Source of the DNA: Hypanus sabinus
Taxonomy: Eukaryota
Direction of reading: 5' to 3'
DNA: 64,000 nt
Assembly: GCF_030144855.1 (NCBI RefSeq)
Contig: NC_082714.1
Span: forward strand, 144,832,001-144,896,000
A program made the position numbers and the translations under genes. Shown here in pieces: positions 21,409-33,375 of this stretch. Below the pieces are notes generated by a model. It worked only from the letters and a program-made list of their open reading frames with translations, was not told where the DNA came from and searched no databases. Positions within the stretch are counted from its first letter, which is position 1. Every line of letters starts with the position of its first letter.

Positions 21409-24085
21409 TGTAACCTTCTCACTGGGGCTCGTATGCAAACCTGGCTCGATAGCGAACTCAGCTAACAGCCACGTGACTCAGCGGTGAGGAGGCCACCTTT
21501 CATAAACAATATTTGTCTAGTCAGTGTGATTTGGAGTTCAACCAGACAGGAACATCGAGATTTTCCAGTTAAAGAAACCTTGATTTGAGCAAATGCTGTG
21601 TAAATACTGTCCATACACAATTGTCGTTCAAGTCAAGTCAAGTCAACTTTTATTGTCATTTCTACCATAACTGCTGGTACAGTGCATAGTGAAAATGAGA
21701 CAACGTTTTTCAGGACCATGGTGTTACATGACACAGTACAAAAACTAGACTGAGCTACGTAATAAAAAAAACACAGAGAAAGCTATACTAGACTACAGAC
21801 CTACACTGGACTGCATAAAGTGCACAAAAACAGTGCAGGCATTACAATAAATAATAAACAGGACAGTAGGGCAAGGTGTCAGTCCAGGCTTCAGGTATTG
21901 AGGAGTCTGATAGCTTGGGGGAAGAAACTGTTACATAGTCTGGTCGTGAGAGCCCGAATGCTTCGGAGCCTTTTACCAGGCGGCAGGAGGGAGAAGAGAT
22001 TGTATGAGGGGTGCATGGGGTCCTTCATAATTCTGTTTCCTTTGCGGATGCAGCGTGTAGTGTAAATGTCCGTGATGGCGGGAAGAGAGACCCCGATGAT
22101 CTTCTCAGCTGACCTCACTATCCGCTGTAGGGTCTTGTGATCTGAGATGGTGCAATTTCCGAACCAGGCAGTGATGCAGCTGCTCAGGATGCTCTCAGTA
22201 CAACCCCTGTAGAATGTGATGAGGATGGGGGGGTGGGAGATGGACTTTCCTCAGCCTTCACAAAAAGTAGAGACGCTGCTGGGCTTTCTTTGCTATGGAG
22301 CTGGTGTTGAGGGACCAGATGAGATTCTCTGTCAGGTGAGCACCGAGAAATTTGGTGCTCTTTACGATCTTTACCAAGGAGCCGTCGATGTTCAGTGGGG
22401 AGTGGTCACTCCATACCCTCCTGAAGTCAACAGCCATTTCTTTTGTTTTGTTCACATTCAGAGACAGGTTTTTGGCTCTGCACCAGTCCATTAGCTGCTG
22501 CACCTCCTCTCTGTAAGCTGACTCGTCATTCTTGCTGATGAGACCCACCACGGTCATGTCATCGGCGAACTTGATGATGTGGTTCAAGCTGTGTGTTGCA
22601 GCACAGTCGTGGGTCAGCAGAGTGAACAGCAGTGGACTGAGAACACAACCCTGGGGAGCCCTCGTGCTCAGTGTGATGGTGTTGGAGATGCTGCTCCCAA
22701 TCTGGGCTGACTGAGATCTCCCAGTCAGGAAGTCTATTATCCAGTTGCAGAGGGAGGTGTTCAGGCCCAGTAGGCTCAGCTTTCCAATCAGTTTCTGAGG
22801 GATGATTGTGTTGAATGCTGAACTAAAGTCTATGAACAGCATCCAAACGTATATCTTTTTTGTCCAGGTGGGTTAGGGCCAGGTGGAGGGTAGTGGCAAT
22901 GGCGTCATCTGTTGAGCGGTTGGGACGGTACACAAACTGCAGGGGGTCCAGTGAGGGGGGCAGCAGGGTCTTGATATGCCTCATGACGAGCCTCTCGAAA
23001 CACTTCATGATGGTGGATGTAAGTGCAATGGGACAGAGTCATTTAGGCAGGACACTGAAGACTTCTTCGGCATGGGGACGATGGTGGCAGCCTTGAAGCA
23101 CGTTGGAATGGTGGCGCTGCTCAGGGAGATGTTGAAGATGTCAGTGAGAACATCTGCTAGCTGGTCTGCACATCCTCTGAGCACTCTACCAGGGATGTTG
23201 TCTGGTCCAGCAGCCTTCTGTGGGTTGACCCTGCACAGGGTTCTTCTCACATTGGCCACAGTGAGACACAGCACCTGGTCATTCGTAGGAGGGGTGGACT
23301 TCCTCGCCGCCACGTCATTTTCCACCTCAAACTGGGCGTAGAAGTTAATCTGCGCATTTGGGAGGGAGGCATCACCTGCATAGTCAGGTGATGTTGTCTT
23401 GTAATTGGTGATGTCACGGATGCCCTTCCACATGCACCACATGTTGCCGCTGTCCGTTACGAAATAACAGATTGTACACTGCATAAAATTATAAAGAGAG
23501 TGTATTTACTAATTTTAGCCTTATCAAACAGTTAATAGGAAAAAGAAAAATAAATAATAGTGTCCATTACAGTTAAACCTGTCCAATGTGCACATAAACA
23601 CTAGAGCTCATATTGGAGTATTCGGGGTTGTATCTCTTACTCACGCACTAGACCACCGATCTGCATGAGAATGCCGGCCATATTTTCAACTCTCATCGCA
23701 GACCATCTCGAGTAATCTCTCTCAGGACTGTTGCTCTTCCTCCTTGGAGACATTCACCTGCAGAAAAGCTCTTCTTGTCACGGGGACTCTCTTTTCAACA
23801 GCATTCTGCGGCATCTTCCCTTCTGTCCCGCTCTGCAGTTCCCGCCACAAGACCCTAAACCAGATTACTGTCCTTCAGAAAACTCATCCCCGCAGCTCTC
23901 CGGAACCTTCTCTCACATCCCACAACCTTGGTTGGCAGACTCAGATTCCTAAACTGGACAACATGAGTCCTTATCTTAGCGGAAGCCAAAACACACTTTC
24001 CAGCGTGGCACACCACTTTTACAGAAAACTGCTAATATAAACTATCTCACAACATCGTAGTGGAAATCTTAACCAAGGCATAACA
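21409..24085. mobile_element. Solo LTR-like element (~850 bp) interrupted by a Rex LINE
   Basis: TGTAAC...ATAACA ends; flanks TATA/TGTA (4-bp TSD, 1 mismatch); CpG-rich blocks at 21409-21628 and 23456-24085. Confidence 0.55.
21629..23455 (-). mobile_element. Rex1/Babar LINE, 1.8-kb 5'-truncated copy with reverse transcriptase pseudogene
   Basis: Frameshifted ORFs 23005-23484, 22823-23008, 22258-22842 and 21891-22118: [48 protein letters not shown]; (CTTGA)n tail. Confidence 0.95.
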
Positions 24086-24149
24086 TGTAATTTTGAACAT
24101 GCCATGAACATATTTCAGGTGTTGATAGAAGATCTCTGGACAGGGTAGA

Positions 24150-24590
24150 GTGATCTTGGGGTCCATAGTTCCTTGAAGCACATATTTATTGGGGAGTATA
24201 ACATGCTTGCTGTTACCAGTTGAGGCATTAAGTCCAAGAGTCTGGAAGATATGTTGCAGTTTTGTAAAATTCTGGTTAGGCTGCATCTGGATATGGCATT
24301 CAGTTCTGATCATTCCATTACAGCAAGAATGTGGAGGCTCTAGAGAGGATATAGCAGAGGTTTACCAGGATGCTGCCTGGAGTAGAGGGTGTGTGCTATA
24401 GCAAATGGTTGGACAATCTTAATTTGTTTTCTCTGGAGCAACAGAGGCTGAGGAAAGATCTGAAAGAAATTTATAAGATTTTAAGAAGCATAGTTAGACA
24501 GTCATTACCTTTTTCCCAGGGTTGAAATACCTAAGACTAGAGGTCATGCATTTAAGGTGAGCGGGTGTGAGTTTAAAGCAGATGTGAGAC
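24150..24590 (+). mobile_element. CR1 LINE fragment
   Basis: GAGGTTTACCAGGATGCTGCCTGGA, AGACTAGAGGTCATGCATTTAAGGTGAG. Confidence 0.75.
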
Positions 24591-24726
24591 TTACCCTTCA
24601 GAATGCTGAAGAACTATGCTAATACTCACCTGACAAGTTAGAATTGAAATTGGTATATTATTCTCACATGTTCAGAGATATACTGTAGTGAAAAGCTTGA
24701 CTTACACACAGATCAAATTGTTCTAC

Positions 24727-25200
24727 AAGTTCAAGTTTAATTGTCATTCAACCATACACATGTATACAGCTAAACAAAACAGTGTTCCTCTGGGACCAAG
24801 GTGCAAAACACAGTATATACAGTCACACACAGAAAACAACACATATAGTTACAATAGTACATACAGACACAAAAATAATATTAGCACAAGTCCCTGAGTG
24901 GCATGGCCTGAAGATTGATGGGAAATTAGAACTGAAGTCACATTCTGCAGGTACAAGCCCCAAGCAGATCCTCATCTTGCACAGGGTCAGCCGCAGATGA
25001 AAGTAATCCAGCTTGTCTTCCATGGAGCGAACACTGGAGAGCAGCACCACTAGAAGAACTAGCCCAACATGGATGCCTGTGTGCCTGCCATGCCTCTAGA
25101 GCCTTTTCCCTTGGGTGGTTGTAACAGGTGACACCGCCTTCAGTGCCTTCTCCCTGGGAAGGTGTAACAGGCTATCCCGTGGCATGAGGGCCTGGTCTAT
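24727..25200 (-). mobile_element. Rex-derived internal-deletion element (ORF start joined to 3' tail)
   Basis: ORF 24823-25050 begins VLLSSVRSMEDKLDYFHLRL (Rex endonuclease N-terminus) and runs into a (TTGAAC)n-type tail. Confidence 0.6.
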
Positions 25201-25249
25201 CTATTAATTGAGGCTACATAGCTGGCCCGCCACCATTCTCTCAACAATG

Positions 25250-25838
25250 AACACGTTGGAATCTCACAACCACCTATGCTCCATCTGCCATATAAAGCAG
25301 GATCACCCTGTGATCACGTGTTTTAATTCCTCTTCCCATTCTCAATCCAACATGTCAGTCCATGGCCTCCTCTACTATTTTGATGAAGCTACAGTCAGGT
25401 TGGAGGAGCAACACCATATAGCCTTATGCCACCCACCTGATGGCATGAACATCAGTTTCTTGAACTTCTGGTAATGTCCTCTAACCCCTTCCCCCTTCTG
25501 TTTTCCTCACCTTATCTCCTTGCTGCCCATCACTTCTCACTGGTGCTGCTCCCCCTTTTCTTTCTTCCATGGCCTTCTGTCCTCTCCCATCAGATTCCCC
25601 TTCTCCAGCCCTGTATCTCTCTCACCAATCAACTCCCCAGCTCTTTCCTCCACCTTTTTCCCCTCCCAGTTTCACCTATCATCCTGTGTTTCTTCCTCCC
25701 CTCCTCCCACCTTCTAACTCAGACCCCTCATCTTTTTTTCTCCAGTCCTGATAAAAGGTCTCAGCCAGAAAAAAAAACTGTACTGTTTTTCTAGATGCTG
25801 CCTGGAGTGCCAAGTTCCTCCAGCACTTTGTGTGTGAT
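25250..25838 (+). mobile_element. Penelope-like element 3' part with GIY-YIG C-terminus
   Basis: ORF 25208-25474 HLCSICH..DHPVITCFNSSSHSQSNMSVHGLLYYFDEATVRLEEQH..DGMNI; pyrimidine tract; CAGTCCTGATAAAAGG core; CCAGCACTTTGTGTGTG end. Confidence 0.85.
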
Positions 25839-25869
25839 GTCTTCATGGTGAAATTTTTGCTAGGATACT

Positions 25870-26240
25870 GACTCACCAGCATTTGGACCTTCCAGATACA
25901 GGTGTATTTTTACTACAATCAATTGAAGCACCTTGACTGCACACAGGTCATCTCCATTTATCTAATTATGTGACTTCTCAAACAAATTAGCCACACCAGC
26001 GATGATTTGGAGTGTCACATTAAAGGGAGTGAACACCTATTCAATCACTTATTTTGTGTTTTATATTTGTAATTAATTTAGATCACTTTGTAGAGATCTG
26101 TTTTCACTTTGACATGAAAGAGTCTTTTTCTGTTAATAAATGTCAAAAAAGCCATATTACGTCTTCTGTGATACAATGTTGTAAAACAATAAAACATGCA
26201 AACTTCCGGGGGGGTGGGTGAATGCTTTTTATCGGCACTG
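25870..26240. mobile_element. Tc1-type MITE, one TIR visible
   Basis: Ends GGGTGAATGCTTTTTATCGGCACTG|TA, the reverse of a CAGTGCC..AAAAGTATTCACCC Tc1 TIR. Confidence 0.65.
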
Positions 26241-26995
26241 TAAGCAATAAATATCAAGAACATGAGATGAAGAGTCCTTGAAAGTGACTCCATAAATTGC
26301 TGGAGCATTTCAATGATGGGGCAAGTCAAGTTATCCCCTTCGTTCAAGAGCCTGATAGCTGAGGGATAATAAGTCTTTCTGACCCTGGTGATGTGAGTCG
26401 TGAGGCTCTTGTACCTTCTTGCTGATGGCAGCAACAGGAAGAGAGCATGGTCTGGGTGGTGGAGGTCCCTGATGATGATGATGCTTTCCTGCGACAACAC
26501 CTCCTATAGATGTGCTCAGTGGTGGGGAAGTCTTTACTTACGATGGACTGGGCTATATCCATTACTTTTTGTTGGATTATCCATTCAAGGGCAATGTTGC
26601 CTGTCAACATACTCTCCACCATACATCTATAGAAGTTTAATGAAGTTTTAAATGTCATGCCAAATCTTCGCAGACTCCTGCCATGCTTTCTTCATAATTG
26701 CACTTACGTGCTGGGCCCAGGACAGGACCTCTGAAATGACAAATTTAAAGTCGCTAGACCTCTCTACTTCTGATCCTCTGATGAGAACTGACTCATGAAC
26801 CTCTGGTTTCTTTCTCTTGAAGTCAATAATCAGCTGTTTGGTCTTGCTGATGTTGGGTAAGAGATTGTTGTTGCGGCACCACTCAGCCAGATTTTCAATC
26901 TCCTTCCTATGTGCTGTTTCTGGTTACCACCTTGGATTCAGCCTACAACAGTGGTGCTGTGAGCAAACTTGAATATGGCATTGGAGCTGTGCCTA
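26241..26995 (-). mobile_element. Rex1/Babar LINE fragment
   Basis: ORFs 26344-26658 and 26078-26500 (NFYRCMVESML, HPDHALFLLLPSARRY, YPSAIRLLN). Confidence 0.8.
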
Positions 26996-29602
26996 GAAAC
27001 ATGGAAATTAGTACTTCTGCAATATTTGTCTGGATACAGCAATTAGATGATGACTAGATATCTGTTAATGATGTAGCAGAAGGAGAAATATTAACTAATA
27101 GTCATTAGGTTATATTTCCATCCCTGGTAACCAGATTCTTGAAGATCAAAAAACTGCAGCTGGAATTCTGGAATATAAACACACAAAAAAATACTGGGTA
27201 TACTTAGTAGATCAAGCAGCATCTGTGGAAGGAGAACGGAGTTGGCATTTCAGGTTGATCACTTTACATCAGATGTTGACATTTCATTAACTATGAAATG
27301 TTTAAAGGAGTGTTTGTCTTTTTCTTGGAGAAGCAGAGCAAGTGAAAGGTCACCAATCTGAAACCCTGTCTCTCTCCAGTTGTTACTTGGATTTACTTGA
27401 TCTAAGTATTTCCAATATTCTCTATTTTTACTTAGGCTCATGAAAGTTCAGATAGTTGAAACTCTATGAAGCCTCAGGTTTTAACATTAAGTTACTCAAC
27501 AGGGAAGGAATTAGAACTTTACTTTGGCAGGTCTGGATACATCAGATCCAAATTTCAGACCTCAGTTAAATGATCTTCGAACCTGAAACATTAAATATAT
27601 TTCGTTTTGCACAGATGTGGCCTACTACATGATTCCAGTGCTTCCTGCTTTTATTTCAGATTTACTGCATCTGCATTTGTTTGTTTTTCTTTGTTTTTAC
27701 TTCATGATAAAATTGCTTTCATCTTATGAAAATATCTGCCTTTCCATAATTTGGTGTATGCGTCTAGCAGTAATTAACAGTGTAATATGACCTTTTCTTT
27801 CTGTGGCTGAGTATTATATTTCAATACATAATGATGCTTGCTTGAGTATATGTCTAATGCTTGGCTGCTCACATGCTGGTGGGTGGTTTATTAATCTAAT
27901 CACTTATGATTTAATGGTATTATGTATCTAAGTCTCTGGCAAAGAAGAAAGGTTTTATCTGAAACCACAATTTGACTTCAGAATGAACAGTGGCATTTGA
28001 ATCTCAATCTAAATATCCCTTGATGTTCTTCTCAATTATAAAATTATTAACTTTTTGAGATGCTGTTAATTATTTCTGTGCAAACACTTTCTTCTGCTAA
28101 CCATACACCCAGTGTAAATTAAATAGTGGATGTACTGGAACTTTACAAAGGGTGTATAGTATTTGGCAAGGAACATTTGAAGACTAAATTCTTTCTTACA
28201 ACTGGGATTATAGTCTAAAAATTTAATGCCATCTCGTGGGTCAGAGGAAAGTATTTCAGTTGTGATTTTTAAACCAAATCTGTTTTGTTGGAAAATGTTG
28301 AATCCATTTTTCTTGCTGAATAAACAAGGATATAGTTGTCATTTATTCCTTCAAACAAATTCCTGCTTTTATAACTCTTTTCTTTTTGGCCAACATTACA
28401 ATAGGTATCTGGCTGATTTTATCTTGCAGATTTTGGCTTTCATCTTTATTCTTTCTGTCTTTAGGAAAAGTGCTCAGTATTATGGAAGTCTGTGGGAAAG
28501 TTGGCAGGGACCTTAACAGGCATATTTTATAGAGGCTACAATTGAAATGATTTCATACTGCGTCGGAAATGGATATGGAGGATGAAACCCTGCTGAGAGG
28601 TGTGTTCTGCTCTGAGTGATTATAGATGCAATCAGATCTATCAACATCCTATGAAATGTTATCATTTTGTTCCCTTATGAGTCATCCAGGAAGACTATAG
28701 ACAATGAACGCAGCTTACACTGATTGCTCAGAGTTATCAATCACTTTTATCTGCAGGACATATGTCAAGGCTGTTTTTGATGATGAATGATACTCTTGAC
28801 CTCTAAAGTGCCTTTTCTTATAATCCTATTGTGTATTTGCCTATTCTAGGTCATTTATCGGTTTGTTGCCTTGCCCTTAAGTGAAACCATTCTTTGACTC
28901 TTGAGGCCTTTTGCTTGTCCCCTTTCTTCTATCATGCTGCTGCACTCTAAGTGTACACTGTGCTGGATGTAGATTTATGTCTGGTTAAGTGCTCAGTTAT
29001 CTAACTTCTTTCCTTCCCCCCTCACCATCAATCCTTTGAGCAAATAAAACTCAGTAAGAGTGAAATGTGATCAATTCTGTATCAAAGACTTCCTTGGTGA
29101 AAGAAGTATCAAAGACCGTGGATGAAAAAAAAAACCTGAAAGGAAATTCTGTTCTGGATCTAGATGTCAGTTAAACAAATTATTGTCAATATAGAAGCTA
29201 GGAATCCACTTTAAAAGGTCCTATATGTTTGTTAACAGGCACATTAAGCCTAGTTTTAAATTTTAACTCAGTTTTACAGGCACGTGATTTGGCTTTGGAG
29301 ACATTGTTGATTTCAGATTTATGAATGGCCAGTTAACCCAGGAACACTACCCCGCTACTTTTTTGCACTACTCATTTAATTCACATTTTAATATATAGTA
29401 TATACTTCTGACTGTAATTTACAGTTTTTCTTATTATGTACAGTTAGTTACTGCTGCTGTACAACAAATTTCATGACACATTCCAGTGGTATTAAACCTG
29501 ATTCTGATTTTGATTGTCCTAGATGTGCATCTTTGATTACAAAATCAAAGCTGTTTAAACACATTTGTAAAACAATTATTATAAAGACAAAGCAAATCTT
29601 AA

Positions 29603-29822
29603 ATGCAAGAAATTCTGCAGATGCAGGAAATCCAAAGCAACACACACAAAATGCTGGAGGAACTCAGCAGGTCAGGCAGCATCCATGGAAATGAATAAAC
29701 AGTCGACATTTTGGCCCAAGAAGTCCTGAAGCAGGATCTCAGCTCAAAATATTAACTGTTCATTAACTTCCCTAAATTCTGCCTGATCCGCTGAGTTCCT
29801 CCAGCATGTTGTGAGTGTTGCT
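29603..29822. mobile_element. Penelope-derived inverted-repeat element
   Basis: AGCAACACACACAAAATGCTGGAGGAACTCAGC ... GCTGAGTTCCTCCAGCATGTTGTGAGTGTTGCT arms. Confidence 0.8.
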
Positions 29823-29990
29823 ATTATAATGGAAATTTTCGCTCTGCAAAACTTACATTAGAGCTGTGAGAACTGGAGTGGCTGCTCTTTCATAATCACA
29901 TAAACAAGACAATCTGAGGCATGAGAATTCTTTTTCTGTTAGGCTCACCCTGAAAAACTAAATTGTCAATCACTATTAGAAATAAGCCTT

Positions 29991-30099
29991 AAAAACACAA
30001 AATGCTGGCAGAACTCAGCAGGCCAGACAGCAACAATGGGAGGAGGAAGTGACAGCATTTTGGGCCGAAACCCTTCATCAGGAGTCTATTAGAAATAGT
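29991..30099 (-). mobile_element. Short Penelope-end insertion with 17-bp TSD
   Basis: TATTAGAAATAAGCCTT at 29974-29990 and 30100-30116; reverse strand carries CTGATGAAGGGTTTCGGCCCAAAA. Confidence 0.8.
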
Positions 30100-30189
30100 T
30101 ATTAGAAATAAGCCTTGATCACTTTATCAGAAAGCTTCAGCTAGTACCACCTTACAAAGATAATACTCTTATTCTTAACTTACCAGGGA

Positions 30190-30450
30190 AGATATAGGAA
30201 CTAGAGGTCATGGGTTAAAGGTGAAAGTGAAATGTTTAAAGGAAGCATGGGGTGGGGGGACTTCTTCACGCAGAGGGTGGTGGGATTGTGGAGTGAGCTG
30301 CCAGTAGAAATAGTGAATGCAGGGCTGATTTCAACACTTACGAGAAGTTTGGAAAAGTACATGGATAGGAGGGGTATGGGCTGGATGCAGGTCGATGGAC
30401 TAGGTTGATTAATAGTTCAGCACAGACTAGATGGGCCAAAGGGCCTATTG
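30190..30450 (+). mobile_element. CR1 LINE 3' end
   Basis: GAACTAGAGGTCATGGG...TTCTTCACGCAGAGGGTGGTG...GACTAGATGGGCC. Confidence 0.8.
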
Positions 30451-31789
30451 CAAGAAGAGGAAGCAACTGAGCCAGAAACTATGGAACTAAAACTAGAAAT
30501 TATACAAGAGATATGACTCTGCAGATTAGCTTTGTGCAGGTATGTCATTAAGTTTTGTAAAAATCATGAATTCACATGTGATGAACTTAGCTTCAATCTT
30601 ATTTATGGTTTTCCCTTCCGAGATTACATGGATAATGCATTTAGTTAGCTATCGTCATTTTGTTGTAACACCTGAGATTATTACTACAAGTTTTCAAAAC
30701 ATTTAGAGGTATTATTATCCAAACTAAAGCGCTTCAAGATTGGTAGTAATTTAACCTTGACAAAGCAGTTTATTGAGTCAAGTTAAACTTAATAGTTTTC
30801 TAAAGAACCAGTTAAAAGTAGAACATCTGTCCATTCTCATTTTATAGGAGATGTCTAGGTTATTGGCCTAGATTTTAATATGGGCCCACTTCTTGTATTT
30901 ACTGTGTCTCATGGTAACACATCAGAAGCTAAAGGCCAGCCCTGCTGGCTTGTAACTTTGAAACTACATGACAAGGTCTTCAAAAGCATCGGGTCTAATA
31001 TCAAAGACAAGGCATAGCTGATGAAAACTGTCAAGCATCCCACTAAGTCCATCATGGGGAAGTTATTGCCCAAAATAGAGAAATCATTAACCAGATTTGT
31101 TAATGTAGTCTTAATTTATAATTTTTATGTTCATTTAGTACATCCTTCTTTTAAGAATACTGTGCGCATTCTTCTTTAGTCGATTGTAAGACCATAAGAT
31201 AAAGGAGCAGAATTAGGCTATTTGGCCCATCAAGTCGGGTCCACCATTTCATCATGGCTGATCCATTTTTCCTCTCAGCTCCAATCCTGTCTTTTTCCCA
31301 TGTACTTCATGCCCTGATCAATCAAGAACCTATCAATCAAGAATGCCCAGTCACTCATGTTTAGCAATGAAAAAAACAGCCACTGTTTACTTTGAGCTCA
31401 GAAGTTATTCATAGACAGTCACAGATACAAAGGTAACATTGACTGTTTACAGCTGGCATCTAGTTAAGCAATGTTGGTAACTGCAATTAATGGGAACTGA
31501 TTAACCATTTTTGAAAAAGGCAAAACCTTCAAACAGAAGCCAGAAGTTGAAATAGCATTAAGTAGTGGGAAGTCTTCATCAAAAATATCCTGCCAAACAG
31601 AAGGAATCATAAATCAAGTCTAAATCCAAATGAGCTGTGTCCCTCCTCCTATCTGGCACAGAGTTGAAAATCATTGAGGAGCTCTGTCTATTCCCTTGCT
31701 TCTACTCCATCACTAGAATCTATAAACCATTCAGCAATGAAGAGTAATATAAGGTATGGATTAACCACAAGAGACTCTGCAAGAGGCTG

Positions 31790-33375
31790 ATAGGACTGAA
31801 CCCTGAGGAGGGCCATTGATGAGACCTGCACCTTGGTCATCTCCGAGGCTGAGGTACATAGAACATTCTAAGGGGTCAACAGCTGCAAGGCAGCAGGGCC
31901 AGATGGCATCTCAGGGGAAATCCTCAAGATGTGTGCTGAACAGCTGGCTGATGTGTTTACGGACATTTTTAATCTCTCCCTCTCCCAGTGCTTAATGCCC
32001 TCCTGTTTTGAATCGTCCATCATTGTCCCCGTACCTAAGAAAACCAAGGTAGCATGCCCGAAGGATTGACGCCCTATCACACTCACCTCAATTATAAGCA
32101 AATGCTTTGAGAGGCTGGTCAGAGACTACATTTGCAGCATGTTCCGCCCACACTGGGCCAATGGAACCAGTCTACCAATGATGCCATAGCCGCAGCACTG
32201 CACTCCGTCCTCACTCACCTGGAGACAAGGGATGCTGCTTCTGGACTACAGTTCAGCATTCAACACCATAATTCCCTCCAGACTGACAGGAAGCTCAGAG
32301 ACCTCGGCCTGCTCCCCACCATGTGCAACTGGATCCTAGACTTCCTATCGGATTGCTGACTGGTGGTAAGGGTGGGCTCACTAACTCTGCCCCTCTCACC
32401 CACAACACAGCTGCGCCCCAGGGTTGTGCCCTGAGTCCCCTCCTCTACTCTCTTTACACCCACGACTGCACTGCCACAAAATCTGCTGATCAAATTTACC
32501 AGATGACACGACTTTGATAGGCCTTATTTAGGGTGGCAATGAGACACCCTACAGAGGAGAAGTTGGCACACTGACACAGTGGTGCCAGGATAAAAACTTC
32601 TCCCTCAATGTCCAAAAAACAACAGAGCCGATTGTGGATTACAGAAGAAACAGAGACAAGCTTGTCCCAATCAATATCAATGGGTTTGTAGTTGAGAAGG
32701 GGAGTAGTTTCATGTTAACCATAGAACACTACAGCACAGTACAGGCCCTTCAGCCCTCCATGTTGTGCCAACCCATATAATCCTTAAAAAAATGTACTAA
32801 ACCCACACTTCCCCATAACCCTCCATTTCTGTTCCTCGGTATACACATCACTGATGATCTCCCCTGGACTGTTCACACTGGCTTTGTGGCAAAGTAGCAC
32901 AACAGCATCTCTCTCACCTCAGGCAACTGAAGAAGTTTGGCATGGGCTCCTAACTCTTCAAGACCTTCTACAGGGGTATCATTGAGAGCAACCTGATTGG
33001 CTGTATCACCGCCTGGTACGAGAACTGCACCAACCTTGATCACTGGGCACTGCAGAGAGTGGTACAGACAGCCCAGTGCATCTGTGGACATGAACTTCCC
33101 TCCACAAAGGACATTTATAGCAGCAGGTGCAGAAAGAAGGCCTGGAAGATCATCAGGGACACCGGTCACCCCAACCATTAATTGCTTCAGCTGCTTCCGT
33201 CTGGCAAACAGTACCTCAGCATTAAAGCCTGGACCAACAGGCTACAGGACAGCTTCTTTCTCCAAGCAATTAGACATAAATTCAAATCTTAGTACATTGC
33301 ATGGAGTCATTATGCAAAGATTTTTACTCCCTCAAATTGTGGGATGGATGTAAGATTTAAATAAATAAATGAATA
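31790..33375 (+). mobile_element. Rex1/Babar LINE (RT pseudogene) with a CR1-tail insert at ~32718-32830
   Basis: [46 protein letters not shown]; 3' UTR matches 18623-18790 in the opposite orientation. Confidence 0.9.
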
